Below, piece after piece: positions 36,878 to 46,627 of a DNA stretch of 64,000 bases. The notes beneath the pieces are model-generated. The model worked only from the letters and a program-made list of their open reading frames with translations, was not told where the DNA came from and did no database searches. The first letter of the stretch is position 1. Every line of letters starts with the position of its first letter. The translations under genes and the position numbers were made by a program. The stretch is from Planctomycetota bacterium (lineage in GTDB: Bacteria > Planctomycetota > GCA-002687715 > CAIWVZ01): NCBI GenBank assembly GCA_044222185.1, contig JBGANV010000001.1, positions 1,824,001 through 1,888,000 on the forward strand, in the 5' to 3' direction.

Positions 36878-38155
36878 TCAGATGAGGACGGGCCACGCCC
36901 GCATGAACACGACGAACCCGGCGACCTGGGCGGCCAGACCCGCCGCGGCGAGCACCCACCCGACCTTCCCGCCCGGCAGCAATCGCGCCGTGCCCACGAA
37001 GAGCGGCGCCGTCGCGAAGAGGTAGCGCGGGAGCGAGATCACGTGGTTGCTCAAGGCACCGATGGCGATCAGCGCGAGCGCGGCGACGGCGAGCATCCGC
37101 GGGATGCGGCGCCCCGCCTTCGGCACGAGCAGTCCGATGAACCCGACGAACGCCAGCACGAGCGCCCCGATCTGCACGGAGTCGCGGATGACGTCGAGCT
37201 GCGTCGGTCCGCCGAGACGGAAGATGTGCGCGAGCCCGGCGAGCGACGGGAACGAGCCGTGCCCGTACCCCGCCTGCACGTCGAGCCACGCGCGCGGGTT
37301 GCCCAGCGTGATCTGATGCCAGACCGCGACGGCCAGCGGACCGAGCAGAACCAGGCCCGACGACGCCACCCCACGCACGATCCGACCGCGGAGCTCGCCG
37401 CGACGAACCGCCGCCAGCGCCAGCGGGAGCGCCAGGAGGAACCCGACCGGCCGGGTGAACGCCGCAAGCGCGCCCACGAGCCCCGCGAGCACGCCGCGTC
37501 GCTGCAGTGCGAGGTTGAGCGCCTCGATCGACAGCCACAGGAACATCGATTCCGAGAGGCACACCGATCCGAAGAACGCCGTGGGCCAGACGAGCATGGC
37601 GATCACCGCACGTTTCGCCGACATGGCGTCGAGCACGGAATTCGCAAGCCGCCACAACGCGCCCGCCGCGAAGAGCAGCGTGGCGTTCGACACGAGCACG
37701 GCGATCAACAAGAGGTCGGGCTGCGCGAGCGCGAGGACGTTCGTCCCGTTGCCGAGGACGAGCGCGACGACGGTCGCGACGGCGCGGCACGCCACCGGAT
37801 ACCCCGGATAGAACCCCGCCTCCTGCGGCGGCACCCCCGTCGGCGTCGGGTTGTAGCCCAGGAACGCGATCGTGAGGTAGAAGCTCGCATCCATCCGCAC
37901 GAACGGGTCGAGGCGCGGCGCCGCGGGCACGTAGTAGAGCTCCCCGTTCTCCCCCGGCTGCCACGGGATCGTCTGCGTCCGCAGAACGCCTGTCGCGTCC
38001 GGCACCTCGTAGCTCATGCAACGGTCGAGCGGCCAGTCGACGAACGTCGCGAGAACGAGGACGAGGCGAGTGAGCACGAACACCCCGAGGATCATCCCCC
38101 AGGGCACGCGCGCGCGAACCGCTCCTCCGTTCGACTCCGAAACTGCGCCATCCAC
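36878..38155 (-). CDS. PIG-V/GT76-like mannosyltransferase (GT-C)
   Basis: RMDASFYLTIA..GY, FYPGYP, P.AFF...SESMFL, A.TRPVG and S.PRY motifs; multiple TM segments; start approximate. Confidence 0.75.
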   Translation of the reverse strand: MDGAVSESNGGAVRARVPWGMILGVFVLTRLVLVLATFVDWPLDRCMSYEVPDATGVLRTQTIPWQPGENGELYYVPAAPRLDPFVRMDASFYLTIAFLGYNPTPTGVPPQEAGFYPGYPVACRAVATVVALVLGNGTNVLALAQPDLLLIAVLVSNATLLFAAGALWRLANSVLDAMSAKRAVIAMLVWPTAFFGSVCLSESMFLWLSIEALNLALQRRGVLAGLVGALAAFTRPVGFLLALPLALAAVRRGELRGRIVRGVASSGLVLLGPLAVAVWHQITLGNPRAWLDVQAGYGHGSFPSLAGLAHIFRLGGPTQLDVIRDSVQIGALVLAFVGFIGLLVPKAGRRIPRMLAVAALALIAIGALSNHVISLPRYLFATAPLFVGTARLLPGGKVGWVLAAAGLAAQVAGFVVFMRAWPVLI

Positions 38156-38225
38156 GAGGCCCGGATTATAGAAGCGATCCTCGCTCTCATCCTTGAAGCC
38201 TGGAAAAGCGTCGCGAAGATCGCCC

Positions 38226-39671
38226 ATGCGCGCTGCCGCCCCGCTCGTGATGTGTCTCGCTCTGAGCGCCGGGATGATCCCATTCGGCGTGTCGCCCCAG
38301 GACTCGAAGCCGAGCGAGCCCAAGGTCCCCGACCCGACGAAATTGCCGGGTTTCGCCGCCTACACGAAGCACTGCGCGCCGTGTCACGGCGAACGCGGCG
38401 ATGGCCAGGGCGTGGCCTGGCGGTTTCTCGATCCGCCGCCTCGGGACTTCAAGCGCGGGCTCCTCCGGCTCGTGTCGTCTCCCAACGGTGCTCCCAGCGG
38501 CAAGGACCTGTTCGAGACCATCGCCGGGGGGATCAGCGGGACCGCGATGATCCCGTTCGCGCACATCGGCGAAGAGGAGGTTTGGAAGCTCATCGACGTC
38601 GTGCTCGCGTTTCGCGCGCAGGGCATTCTGGAGCGGTTGAAGGCTGGCGGCTTGGAAGGCCAGGACCTCCAAAAACAATTCGATGCCCTCACCACGCCGA
38701 TCCTCGAACCCAGCGAGCCCGGAGCACCCGTGGAGACGTTCGAGAGCGCCGCGCGCGGACTGCTCCTCTACCGAGCCCACTGTTCGTCGTGTCACGGCAT
38801 CGACGGTCGCGGGCTCGTGAGTCAGCCCGAGCAGAAGACGACGACCGAGGGCTACGCGATCCGCCCCCGCGACTTCACGCGGGGCGTCCTCAAGCAGTTC
38901 CCCACTCCCGCCAACCTCTTCGATCGCATCCGGTACGGAATGCCGGGCACGCCCATGCCCGCGTTCCCGAAGACGCAGCTCGACGCGGAAGCGGTGTGGA
39001 ACATCATCCACTACCTGCACACGCTCACTCCGCTCCACGCGCAGTCCATGGCGCAGCCACAGTCGCAGGACCTGAAGGCGGTGCGCCTCACGGGCGACGC
39101 GCCCACGTCGCTCGACGATCCGCGCTTCTCCGCGGCTCCGGCGCAGTGGATCCCCTTCGCACCGTTCCGCATCGACGAGGCCACGATCCCGGGCGCGTTC
39201 GTGCAGGCGCTCGTCGCCTCCGACGTCGTCGCGTTCCGGCTGACGATCCCCGATCCGACGCGCGACGTCCCTGGCGAGGGTCGCGAGACGCCGCCGGACG
39301 GCATCGCCGTTCGCATCACGGCCACGCGCAAGCCGCCCGTCCTCCCCTTCCCGAATCAACCAGCTCGCATCGATCGCGCCCTCGTGCTGACGGGCCCGCA
39401 GCCCGGCGGCACCGACAAGGTGTTCACGGCGACGCCACGCTTCGAGAACCCCGAGAGCGTCTGCCGCGCCGTCATCCCCCCCGATCGCGTCGGCAAGATC
39501 GAGTATCGCAACGGCTCGTGGCACGTGGTGATCGCCGTGCGCACGGAGCAGGCGGGCGATGCGCTGGGAACGTCGCCGCTCTCGGTGAGCTTCGCGCCAT
39601 TCGACGGATCGCTTCGACGGGGCCCCATGCCCGTGGGGTTCTCGGCCTGGCTCGGGCTGCGGGTGCAGTAG
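38226..39671 (+). CDS. Exported diheme c-type cytochrome with C-terminal DOMON/EbdC-like domain
   Basis: Signal peptide; CAPCH and CSSCH motifs, each followed by PRDF and G..GT.M.. ligand motifs; C-terminal beta-rich domain. Confidence 0.8.
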   Translation: MRAAAPLVMCLALSAGMIPFGVSPQDSKPSEPKVPDPTKLPGFAAYTKHCAPCHGERGDGQGVAWRFLDPPPRDFKRGLLRLVSSPNGAPSGKDLFETIAGGISGTAMIPFAHIGEEEVWKLIDVVLAFRAQGILERLKAGGLEGQDLQKQFDALTTPILEPSEPGAPVETFESAARGLLLYRAHCSSCHGIDGRGLVSQPEQKTTTEGYAIRPRDFTRGVLKQFPTPANLFDRIRYGMPGTPMPAFPKTQLDAEAVWNIIHYLHTLTPLHAQSMAQPQSQDLKAVRLTGDAPTSLDDPRFSAAPAQWIPFAPFRIDEATIPGAFVQALVASDVVAFRLTIPDPTRDVPGEGRETPPDGIAVRITATRKPPVLPFPNQPARIDRALVLTGPQPGGTDKVFTATPRFENPESVCRAVIPPDRVGKIEYRNGSWHVVIAVRTEQAGDALGTSPLSVSFAPFDGSLRRGPMPVGFSAWLGLRVQ

Positions 39672-39690
39672 GACAGCACCCCACGCCGGG

Positions 39691-41355
39691 TCAGGCGCGC
39701 ACGCCGCGAGGTACGATCGCCCGCAGCAGCAGTACGCACATCGCGACCGCGGCGGTCCAGGCGAAGGCGGGCGTCAGGTCGGTCGTCACCGTCTCACGCG
39801 GTGCGGGCGCGGGCGCGATCACCTGAGGATCGCGAGCACGGGCGACGGTCGATTCCGTCGGCGCGAGTACGCCGGTCGCGAGCCGCGTGATCCGTCCATC
39901 GCTCGCGGTCAGCGTGCCGATCCCCGGCTGATCCGGTGCAACCGTGAAACGTCCATCAGCCCCCAAGGGGACGACGACCTCGTCCGTCGAACCAGACTCC
40001 CGCCAGGTGGCCCGCGTCGCGCCGAACGACGGGACGCTGCGCGCTACGCCGGCCTGGCCGCACACGAGCTCTCCAAGGGACGAGGACGCACCGGCGCGTT
40101 CGAGAATCCGCTTGATCGCCAGTGGAAACGAGGGCTTGGTCGACCAGCCCGTGCGATCGGGGTCGACGAGCAGGATGAACGTGGACCCTGACCGGACGAG
40201 GAGGGGTACTCCTTCGGCGAGCAGCAGCGACTCCGTCCCTGCGGGCCGGTCCACGAGCGCATGAACGGCCGGCCAATGGTCGTGCTGGAGGTCGAAGCCC
40301 TCCCAGGGACCCGCGCCCGCGCCATTCCCCGCGACGTCGCGAGCGGGGCCCAACGCGAAGCCCGCCACGCGAACCTCGGGCGCGACGAGCAGCGTCGTTC
40401 CGCGGCCGACGAAGCCGACGCAGAGATCGGCCGACGGATCCGGTGCCGCCGTGAGCCGCGCCGCAGGATGAGCGAGGATCGCCCGTTGGATCGACGCCAG
40501 GCTCGTTCCCTCGACGGCGACCGAAACCCCAGCGTCCGCCTCGACCAGGTCGACGACGTCGTCGGCGGCGAGCGCGTCCGGCGGAGCGAGTTCGATGTGC
40601 AGTTGCTTCACGCTCGGCGCGAGCGGCAGGAGCCGCCGCCAACCCGGGTCGCCCGGCGACGCGATCGCCTCGTCGAGGAGGACGGCGCCCCGGTCATCGA
40701 CGATGCGGAGGTTGCGCGCGGCCGCGCCGGAGTCTCCTTCGACCCGGACGAGGAGCCCAGCACCCGCGCGCACGCCCGCTGCCGTGATGCCCGCATTCCG
40801 CGCGCCATCTCCGACCCCCGCGATTCCAACTCCCGCAGGCAGGCCGCCTGGTTCCAACACGCGATCCGTGACGACGACGACCCGGCTCGCTGCGTGCGCT
40901 CGAACCGCGTCGAGCAGGGCGTCCGTCGAGACCTCGGCTCCGGATGCGCGTGACGATTGTGCGTCGCTGGCCGGAGGGACTCCGACGATACGGGCCGAAT
41001 CGCCCAGCATCCGCCGCGCCTCACGCAGCCCGCGCTCGATCCGTGACGTTCCGCCGTCCATGGTTCCCATGGACGCGGAGCGGTCGAGGATGATGATGCC
41101 GGGGGCGGCGTCGCGCCGCGTGCATCCGGGACCAGATAGCGCGCCCGTGAGCGCGACGAGCGGGACGATGAGGATCCAATCCCGCCACCTCGGGCGGAGC
41201 CTCGCGGCTGCGGGGGGCAACACTGCGGCGGCGCGACGCCACAGGAGGTGATCGGATGCCAGTCGAAGTCTCCGCGACTCGTTGCGGGCCCGAAGGAAGA
41301 GCAGTGCTGCCCAGGCAGGAATCAGGAGGAGCACGAGCGGCGTCGCGAAGCTCAC
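39691..41355 (-). CDS. BatA/VWA domain membrane protein
   Basis: N-terminal FATP..LLL...W segment, MIDAS DRSASM, VVVTD, and a C-terminal ES...TM anchor; GTG start overlaps the DUF58 stop. Confidence 0.75.
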   Translation of the reverse strand: MSFATPLVLLLIPAWAALLFLRARNESRRLRLASDHLLWRRAAAVLPPAAARLRPRWRDWILIVPLVALTGALSGPGCTRRDAAPGIIILDRSASMGTMDGGTSRIERGLREARRMLGDSARIVGVPPASDAQSSRASGAEVSTDALLDAVRAHAASRVVVVTDRVLEPGGLPAGVGIAGVGDGARNAGITAAGVRAGAGLLVRVEGDSGAAARNLRIVDDRGAVLLDEAIASPGDPGWRRLLPLAPSVKQLHIELAPPDALAADDVVDLVEADAGVSVAVEGTSLASIQRAILAHPAARLTAAPDPSADLCVGFVGRGTTLLVAPEVRVAGFALGPARDVAGNGAGAGPWEGFDLQHDHWPAVHALVDRPAGTESLLLAEGVPLLVRSGSTFILLVDPDRTGWSTKPSFPLAIKRILERAGASSSLGELVCGQAGVARSVPSFGATRATWRESGSTDEVVVPLGADGRFTVAPDQPGIGTLTASDGRITRLATGVLAPTESTVARARDPQVIAPAPAPRETVTTDLTPAFAWTAAVAMCVLLLRAIVPRGVRA

Positions 41356-42236
41356 CAGGGCCGCCCTCCCAGCAGCGCGGTCGCGACGACCGTCTCGAAC
41401 GCGTCGTGGGCGACGACCGTCGTCGCGCGGATTCCATGCTCGACGGCGAGCGCGAGGACCGAATCGACGTGATCGGTCCGTGCTTTCGTCAGCGCGGCGC
41501 GCCAGGCCGCCGTCGACTCGACCACGACCTCGCGGCCCGACTCCGGGTCGACGAGACGCGCGGCGTCGCCCGCGGGAACGTCCAGAATCGCGTCGTCGTG
41601 CGCCATGACGAGGAAGAGGCAGGCAGCCTGGCCCGCCGCCGCGATGGCCGCAAATGATCGCGTCGCGATCGGCTCCACGAGCAGGTCCGTGACCCACGCG
41701 ACGAAGCGCGGCGACCCGCGGCGGCGCTCCACGCGGTCGACAGCCGCCGGATCCGGGCTGCCCGCTGGCGGCGGCAGTCCGGCCACGGTCTCTACGGCGT
41801 TCCAGCTCTCGCGGAGTCCGCTCCACGCGCCGACCGGACGAAGGGCCGCCGCCTCGGGGACCAGGAGCCGCGCCGTACCACCCGCCGATGTCGCGAGGAA
41901 CAGCAACGCGGCCGCGATCTCCCGCGAGCGCCCGTCCTGTGCCGAGCCGGCGGGCCCCATGGAGGCCGACCGATCGAGGATCACGAGGACTTCGGGCGCG
42001 TCTTCGCGGGTGAACGTCTTCACGGCGAGTTCGCCGCTCCGAAGGAAGACGTTCCAGTCGAGGTGCCGGACGTCGTCACCCGGCGCGTAGGGGCGATGGT
42101 CTCGAAACTCCACCTGCCCCGTCCGCGCCGACGACCACCCGCGCTCCGCTTCGCCGCGCGAGCGCCTCAGCAGCTCCTGCTTCAGGTGCAGCAGCCGAGC
42201 ACGGAACTCCGGCGCGAACGAAAACGCCGGGCTCAG
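41352..42236 (-). CDS. DUF58 family protein
   Basis: EFRDHRPYAPGDDVRHLDWN and LDRSASM motifs; the open frame extends to a CTG at 42236 preceded by GAGGTG. Confidence 0.85.
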   Translation of the reverse strand: MSPAFSFAPEFRARLLHLKQELLRRSRGEAERGWSSARTGQVEFRDHRPYAPGDDVRHLDWNVFLRSGELAVKTFTREDAPEVLVILDRSASMGPAGSAQDGRSREIAAALLFLATSAGGTARLLVPEAAALRPVGAWSGLRESWNAVETVAGLPPPAGSPDPAAVDRVERRRGSPRFVAWVTDLLVEPIATRSFAAIAAAGQAACLFLVMAHDDAILDVPAGDAARLVDPESGREVVVESTAAWRAALTKARTDHVDSVLALAVEHGIRATTVVAHDAFETVVATALLGGRPW

Positions 42237-42237
42237 T

Positions 42238-44178
42238 TCAGCGCACCTCGAAGGCGCTCCGGCCTGGCTGCGCGGCGACGCGTCGCGTCGATGCCGAACC
42301 GATCACCGTCTCGCGCACGCGGGCCGCGATGCCGATGGGGTCGAAGCGAAGCTCGCGGAGCATCTCGGCGCGCGTTCCATGCGGGATGAACGCGTCGGGA
42401 AGAGCGATCGGGCGGATCTTGTCCGTGCGGCCGCCGACCAGTGCCAGCTCCTCCATCACGTGGGCGCCGAAGCCGCCGCGGATCGTGTGCTCTTCGATCG
42501 TGAACACGTGAGGGAAGCGCTCGGTCACGTCCTGGATCATCTCGAGGTCGAGCGGACGCACGAACCGCGCGTTGACCACCGTCGCCTGGATGCCGTCCCG
42601 AGCGAGGATCTCGGCGGCCTCCATCGCGTGATAGACCATGTGGCCCAACGCAACGAGCGCAACGTCCGACCCCGTGCGAAGCGTTTCCGACTTGCCCAGC
42701 GCCAGTTCGCGGCGAACCGGGTGCTCCTTCGCCGGATGCGCGGCGTAGGTACGCGGGTAGCGGATTGCTGCCGAGAGCGGCCCGTCGAGCGCGAGGTCGA
42801 GCATCGCCTTGAACTCGGACTCGTCACGGGCCGAGTACAGATGGATGTCCGGGAAGGCCCTCATGAACGCGATGTCGAAGCACCCGTTGTGCGTGGCACC
42901 ATCGGGGCCGACGACGCCGGCGCGGTCGAGGCAGAACACCACCGGGACGTGGTTCAGCGCGATCTCCTGGAAGATCTCGTCGAACGCGCGCTGGAGGAAC
43001 GTGGAGAAGATGGCGCAGACGGCCTTCTTCCCCGCCTTGCGCAGGCCCGAGGCGAAGGCGACGGCGTGCTGCTCGCAGATGCCCACGTCGTGCGTGCGCT
43101 CGGGGAACAGCTTCTGGAACTTCGACACGCCCGTGTTGTCCGGCATGGCCGCCGTGATCACGTGGAGGTCGGGGTCGCGTTTGCCGCGAGCGATCGCCGC
43201 CTCGGCGAAGATGTTGCTCCAGTTCTTCTCGCCCTGGGCGGTGAACTCGAGGTCCGGCCCCTGCTGCGGCTCGACCTTGGGCGAGACGCCGTGGAACGTG
43301 ATCGGGTCGTGGGCGGCGCGCGTGTGGCCCTGCCCCTTCTTCGTGATCACGTGGAGCATGTGGAACCCGGGCTGACGCTTCAGATCCTGGAGGATCGAGA
43401 TCAGGTGCGGGATGTCGTGGCCGTTCACCGGTCCGAAGTAGCGGCCGCCGAGGGCTTCGAAGAGCGAGCCGCCGGGCGACACGGTCTTCACCAGCACTTC
43501 GCGCGTCTCCTCCAATGCGCGATCGAGCCGCTCGCCCACGAGCGGAATCTTCTTCAACAGGCCGTGGAACGCGTCCTTCGCCTCGTTGTAGAAGGTGCCG
43601 GCCCGCACGCGCGCGAGGTACTCGGAGAACGCGCCCACCGACTTCGAGATGGACATCTCGTTGTCGTTGAGGATCACCGTGAGGTTGCGCTTCTTGAGCG
43701 TGCCTGCGTGGTTCAACGCTTCGAACGCGACGCCGGTGGCCATGGACGCGTCACCGATGACGGCGATGGCGCGCTTGTCGTTGTCGGCGTTCGCGACTGC
43801 GTAGCCGAGCGCCGTCGAGATGCTCGTGCCCGCGTGAGCGAAGAGGTAGTGGTCGTAGGGCGACTCGTCCGGGTTGGTGTATCCGGCAAGACCGTGCCGC
43901 TGGCGGATCGTGTGGAACCGATCGCGCCGTCCCGTGATGATCTTGTGCGGATACGCCTGGTGCGAGACGTCCCAGATCAGCACGTCGCGGAGGAAGTCGT
44001 GCACGTAGTGGAGCGCGAGCGTCAGGTCGATCACGCCCAGCCCCGAGGCCAGGTGTCCGCCGTTCTTCTCGAGGACGCGGGTGATGAGCTCGCCGATTTC
44101 ACCTGCGACGATGGGAAGGTCGCTGATCGGGAGCTGGCGCAGATCCGCGGGGTCGTTGATGCGTTCGAGCAGGCCCAT
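42238..44178 (-). CDS. dxs: 1-deoxy-D-xylulose-5-phosphate synthase
   Basis: GGHLASGLG, WDVSHQAYPHK, IGDAS, NDNEMSI, DVGICEQHAV and DRAG.VG.DG.TH motifs. Confidence 0.96.
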   Translation of the reverse strand: MGLLERINDPADLRQLPISDLPIVAGEIGELITRVLEKNGGHLASGLGVIDLTLALHYVHDFLRDVLIWDVSHQAYPHKIITGRRDRFHTIRQRHGLAGYTNPDESPYDHYLFAHAGTSISTALGYAVANADNDKRAIAVIGDASMATGVAFEALNHAGTLKKRNLTVILNDNEMSISKSVGAFSEYLARVRAGTFYNEAKDAFHGLLKKIPLVGERLDRALEETREVLVKTVSPGGSLFEALGGRYFGPVNGHDIPHLISILQDLKRQPGFHMLHVITKKGQGHTRAAHDPITFHGVSPKVEPQQGPDLEFTAQGEKNWSNIFAEAAIARGKRDPDLHVITAAMPDNTGVSKFQKLFPERTHDVGICEQHAVAFASGLRKAGKKAVCAIFSTFLQRAFDEIFQEIALNHVPVVFCLDRAGVVGPDGATHNGCFDIAFMRAFPDIHLYSARDESEFKAMLDLALDGPLSAAIRYPRTYAAHPAKEHPVRRELALGKSETLRTGSDVALVALGHMVYHAMEAAEILARDGIQATVVNARFVRPLDLEMIQDVTERFPHVFTIEEHTIRGGFGAHVMEELALVGGRTDKIRPIALPDAFIPHGTRAEMLRELRFDPIGIAARVRETVIGSASTRRVAAQPGRSAFEVR

Positions 44179-44189
44179 ACCGAACTCTC

Positions 44190-45083
44190 CTAGGACGAGC
44201 GGTCCGTGACGAAGCGCGCAAGCGCACGGAGCTGACCTCCCCGGTCGAGTCCGTTCAGCGCGCGCAGCGCCTCGTCGATCATGTTGCGTGCAATCTCTTT
44301 CGAGCGGTCGAGGCCGACGGCGGCCGGATAGGTGATCTTTCCGCGTTCGCGGTCCTTCTTCGTGCCCTTGCCCAGCTGCTCCGGCGAGCTCGTCTCGTCC
44401 AGGATGTCGTCGACGACCTGGAACGCGTGCCCGAGCAGTTCGCCGAAGCGGCGGAGGGCCTCCACCTTCGCGGCACCGGCGCGGCCGGCGAGCGCGGGCA
44501 TGGTGCACGATGCACGAAGCAGCGCCGCGGTCTTGCGCAGGTGGATGTCGGCGACGAGGCGCTCGTCGGGAACCTTGCCCTCGGCGGTGATGTCGAGGAT
44601 CTGCCCGCCGATCATCCCTTCCGTACCCGTCGCCCGCGCCAGCTCGATGATGAGCTCGGGGACGACGGTCGGATCGGGCGTATGACGCGCGACGATCTCG
44701 AATGCCAGCGTGGAGAGGGCGTCGCCTGCGAGGATCGCCACGGCCTCACCGAAGACCTTGTGATTGGTCGGGCGACCGCGGCGCAGGTCGTCGTCGTCCA
44801 TGGCGGGCAGATCGTCGTGGATGAGACTGAATGCGTGGATGAGCTCGAGGGCGCAGGCCGACGGGAGAACGGCGGCCTGGGGAAGCTCGAGCGCGTCGGC
44901 GACGGTGAGCGCGAGGGCGGGCCGTAGCCGCTTGCCGCCGGAGAAAACCGAGTACCGCATGGAGCGGTGGACGTCCGTCGGCTTGGCTGTCTCCGGCGGC
45001 ATCCATCGATCCAATGCCTGATCGACGATGGCGGAGGCGCGCGCGAGGTGTTCGGCGACGTTGACTTCGGGCTCGGTCCGCAT
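44190..45083 (-). CDS. ispA: Polyprenyl (farnesyl/geranylgeranyl) diphosphate synthase
   Basis: GGKRLRP, HDDLPAMDDDDLRRG, GQ..D, KTA and FQVVDDILD motifs. Confidence 0.92.
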   Translation of the reverse strand: MRTEPEVNVAEHLARASAIVDQALDRWMPPETAKPTDVHRSMRYSVFSGGKRLRPALALTVADALELPQAAVLPSACALELIHAFSLIHDDLPAMDDDDLRRGRPTNHKVFGEAVAILAGDALSTLAFEIVARHTPDPTVVPELIIELARATGTEGMIGGQILDITAEGKVPDERLVADIHLRKTAALLRASCTMPALAGRAGAAKVEALRRFGELLGHAFQVVDDILDETSSPEQLGKGTKKDRERGKITYPAAVGLDRSKEIARNMIDEALRALNGLDRGGQLRALARFVTDRSS

Positions 45084-45365
45084 TCAGTCCTCGTCCTCGC
45101 TATCGAGACCCGGATCCAGGTGCGCCGCGGGTTCGATGCGGTCGGACCCGTCGGGGTTGCGCGTCAGCACGTCGATACGGCGTTCGAACTCGGCCAGGCG
45201 CCCCAGCAGATCTTGATGCAACTTCTTGCCGCGCTCGAACGTGGCGATGGCTTCCTCGAGTCCGAGACGTCCACCCTCCAATGAGGCGATGAGGCCGTTC
45301 AACTCCTCGAGCTTGGACTCGAAGGTTGGCTGGGGGGAGGGTTCGTTCGGGGTCGGGTCGGCCAC
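45084..45365 (-). CDS. xseB: Exodeoxyribonuclease VII small subunit
   Basis: TFESKLEEL..LI..LE.G.L.LEEAI..FERG motif; directly upstream of ispA. Confidence 0.88.
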   Translation of the reverse strand: MADPTPNEPSPQPTFESKLEELNGLIASLEGGRLGLEEAIATFERGKKLHQDLLGRLAEFERRIDVLTRNPDGSDRIEPAAHLDPGLDSEDED

Positions 45366-45614
45366 GGATGAGGGCGAGTGTAGCAGCGGGTCCTGGCGGT
45401 CACAGGAGCTCGGGACCCACGTCCGAAGGTGCTCCGACGGCGTGGAAAGCCGCGTCCAAGCGCAGCCGGAACCGGTGGCCACGCGTGGTCGAACCGGCAG
45501 CCGGCGCTACGCCGACGTAACGCATCGGCGCACGGCGGACGCTTGGGTGCCGGGCGAAACCCGGCTCGCCCGGCCCGGGAACGGCGATTGCATGCCAGCG
45601 CCCGGGAAAACCAT

Positions 45615-46409
45615 ATGAAGTCACACGTCGCCTGGGCGGTCGCCGTCGCCCTCCTCGTCATCATCGCGCGACCCTCCGAGGGGCAGTTCCAGGTCGTCGT
45701 GGGGCCGTCGGTCGTGCCGTTCGCGAGCCCCGTCTGGATCGCCATCATGAACGAAGGGCCGACGACGCTCGGGTATGCGAGCGGATGCACCATCGCTCAG
45801 ATCCGCAGCGCGTCCGGGCAGGTCGTCCACCAGCCGATCTACTGCGCTCCCGTCGTCATCACGATTCCCCCGGGCACCGTCTACGTCGATGCCTGGAGCC
45901 AGTTCGGGAACTACGGCGCGGCTCAGGGACCGACACAGGTGCCCCCGGGCACCTACACGATGGACGTCCTCAACCCGACGGGCACCGGGGTCACCTCCCG
46001 GACGTTCACCATCGGCGGGTCTGCCGCAGCCCTGATGCCGCTCGGGGTCCTGCGCCCCGGTTACACGCTCCCCGTGGCGATGAATGCACCTTCGGATGCC
46101 GGTTGGCCGTACCTGATCGCGGCGGCCGCCGGTGCGACGGGTATTCCGACGTGCGGGGGAACGATCCCGCTCGCACTCGATCCGCTCCTGCTCACCACGA
46201 TCGCGCCCGGGAACGGCCTCCTGACCCAGGGATCGGGCACCCTCGGCTCGACCTTCTACCCGCAGCTCGCGAATCTGCCGACCGTCACGATCCCGAACGT
46301 ACCCCAGCTCACGGGAGCGACGTTCGCGCTGGCGTTCGTGGCACTCGACCCCGCAGGGCCGTGTCTCATTCGACGGATCTCGGCGGCGGCGCTCGTGACG
46401 GTTCAATGA
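45615..46409 (+). CDS. Secreted protein with an Ig-like N-terminal domain and a clade-type C-terminal domain
   Basis: Signal peptide ending SEG-Q; VPPGTY; C-terminal IPNVPQLTGATFALAFVALD...IS. Confidence 0.75.
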   Translation: MKSHVAWAVAVALLVIIARPSEGQFQVVVGPSVVPFASPVWIAIMNEGPTTLGYASGCTIAQIRSASGQVVHQPIYCAPVVITIPPGTVYVDAWSQFGNYGAAQGPTQVPPGTYTMDVLNPTGTGVTSRTFTIGGSAAALMPLGVLRPGYTLPVAMNAPSDAGWPYLIAAAAGATGIPTCGGTIPLALDPLLLTTIAPGNGLLTQGSGTLGSTFYPQLANLPTVTIPNVPQLTGATFALAFVALDPAGPCLIRRISAAALVTVQ

Positions 46410-46627
46410 GGCACACCGCGCCACGGCCTCGCCGATGGCGGCAACACCACGTGGAGCGGGTCTCAGGAGGACGGTGACCGGGAATCCCTGACCGTCACGG
46501 CGCGAAGGTTGACTCGGGCAAGTGACTCCCCTACGCTCGGCGACGCAACGTTCGTTCGTCGTCGTCTGCCCTCCGTGAACCGTGCCGGACTCCCGGCACT
46601 GCTCCCTCTTCGCGCGAGTCTCCGCTC

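Noticed and set aside
36821-39826. Very long shadow ORFs (e.g. 36821-39826, 59394-62021, 14687-16651, 42379-44193)
   Set aside because: Arg/Pro-rich or antisense frames overlapping well-supported genes; typical high-GC artefacts.
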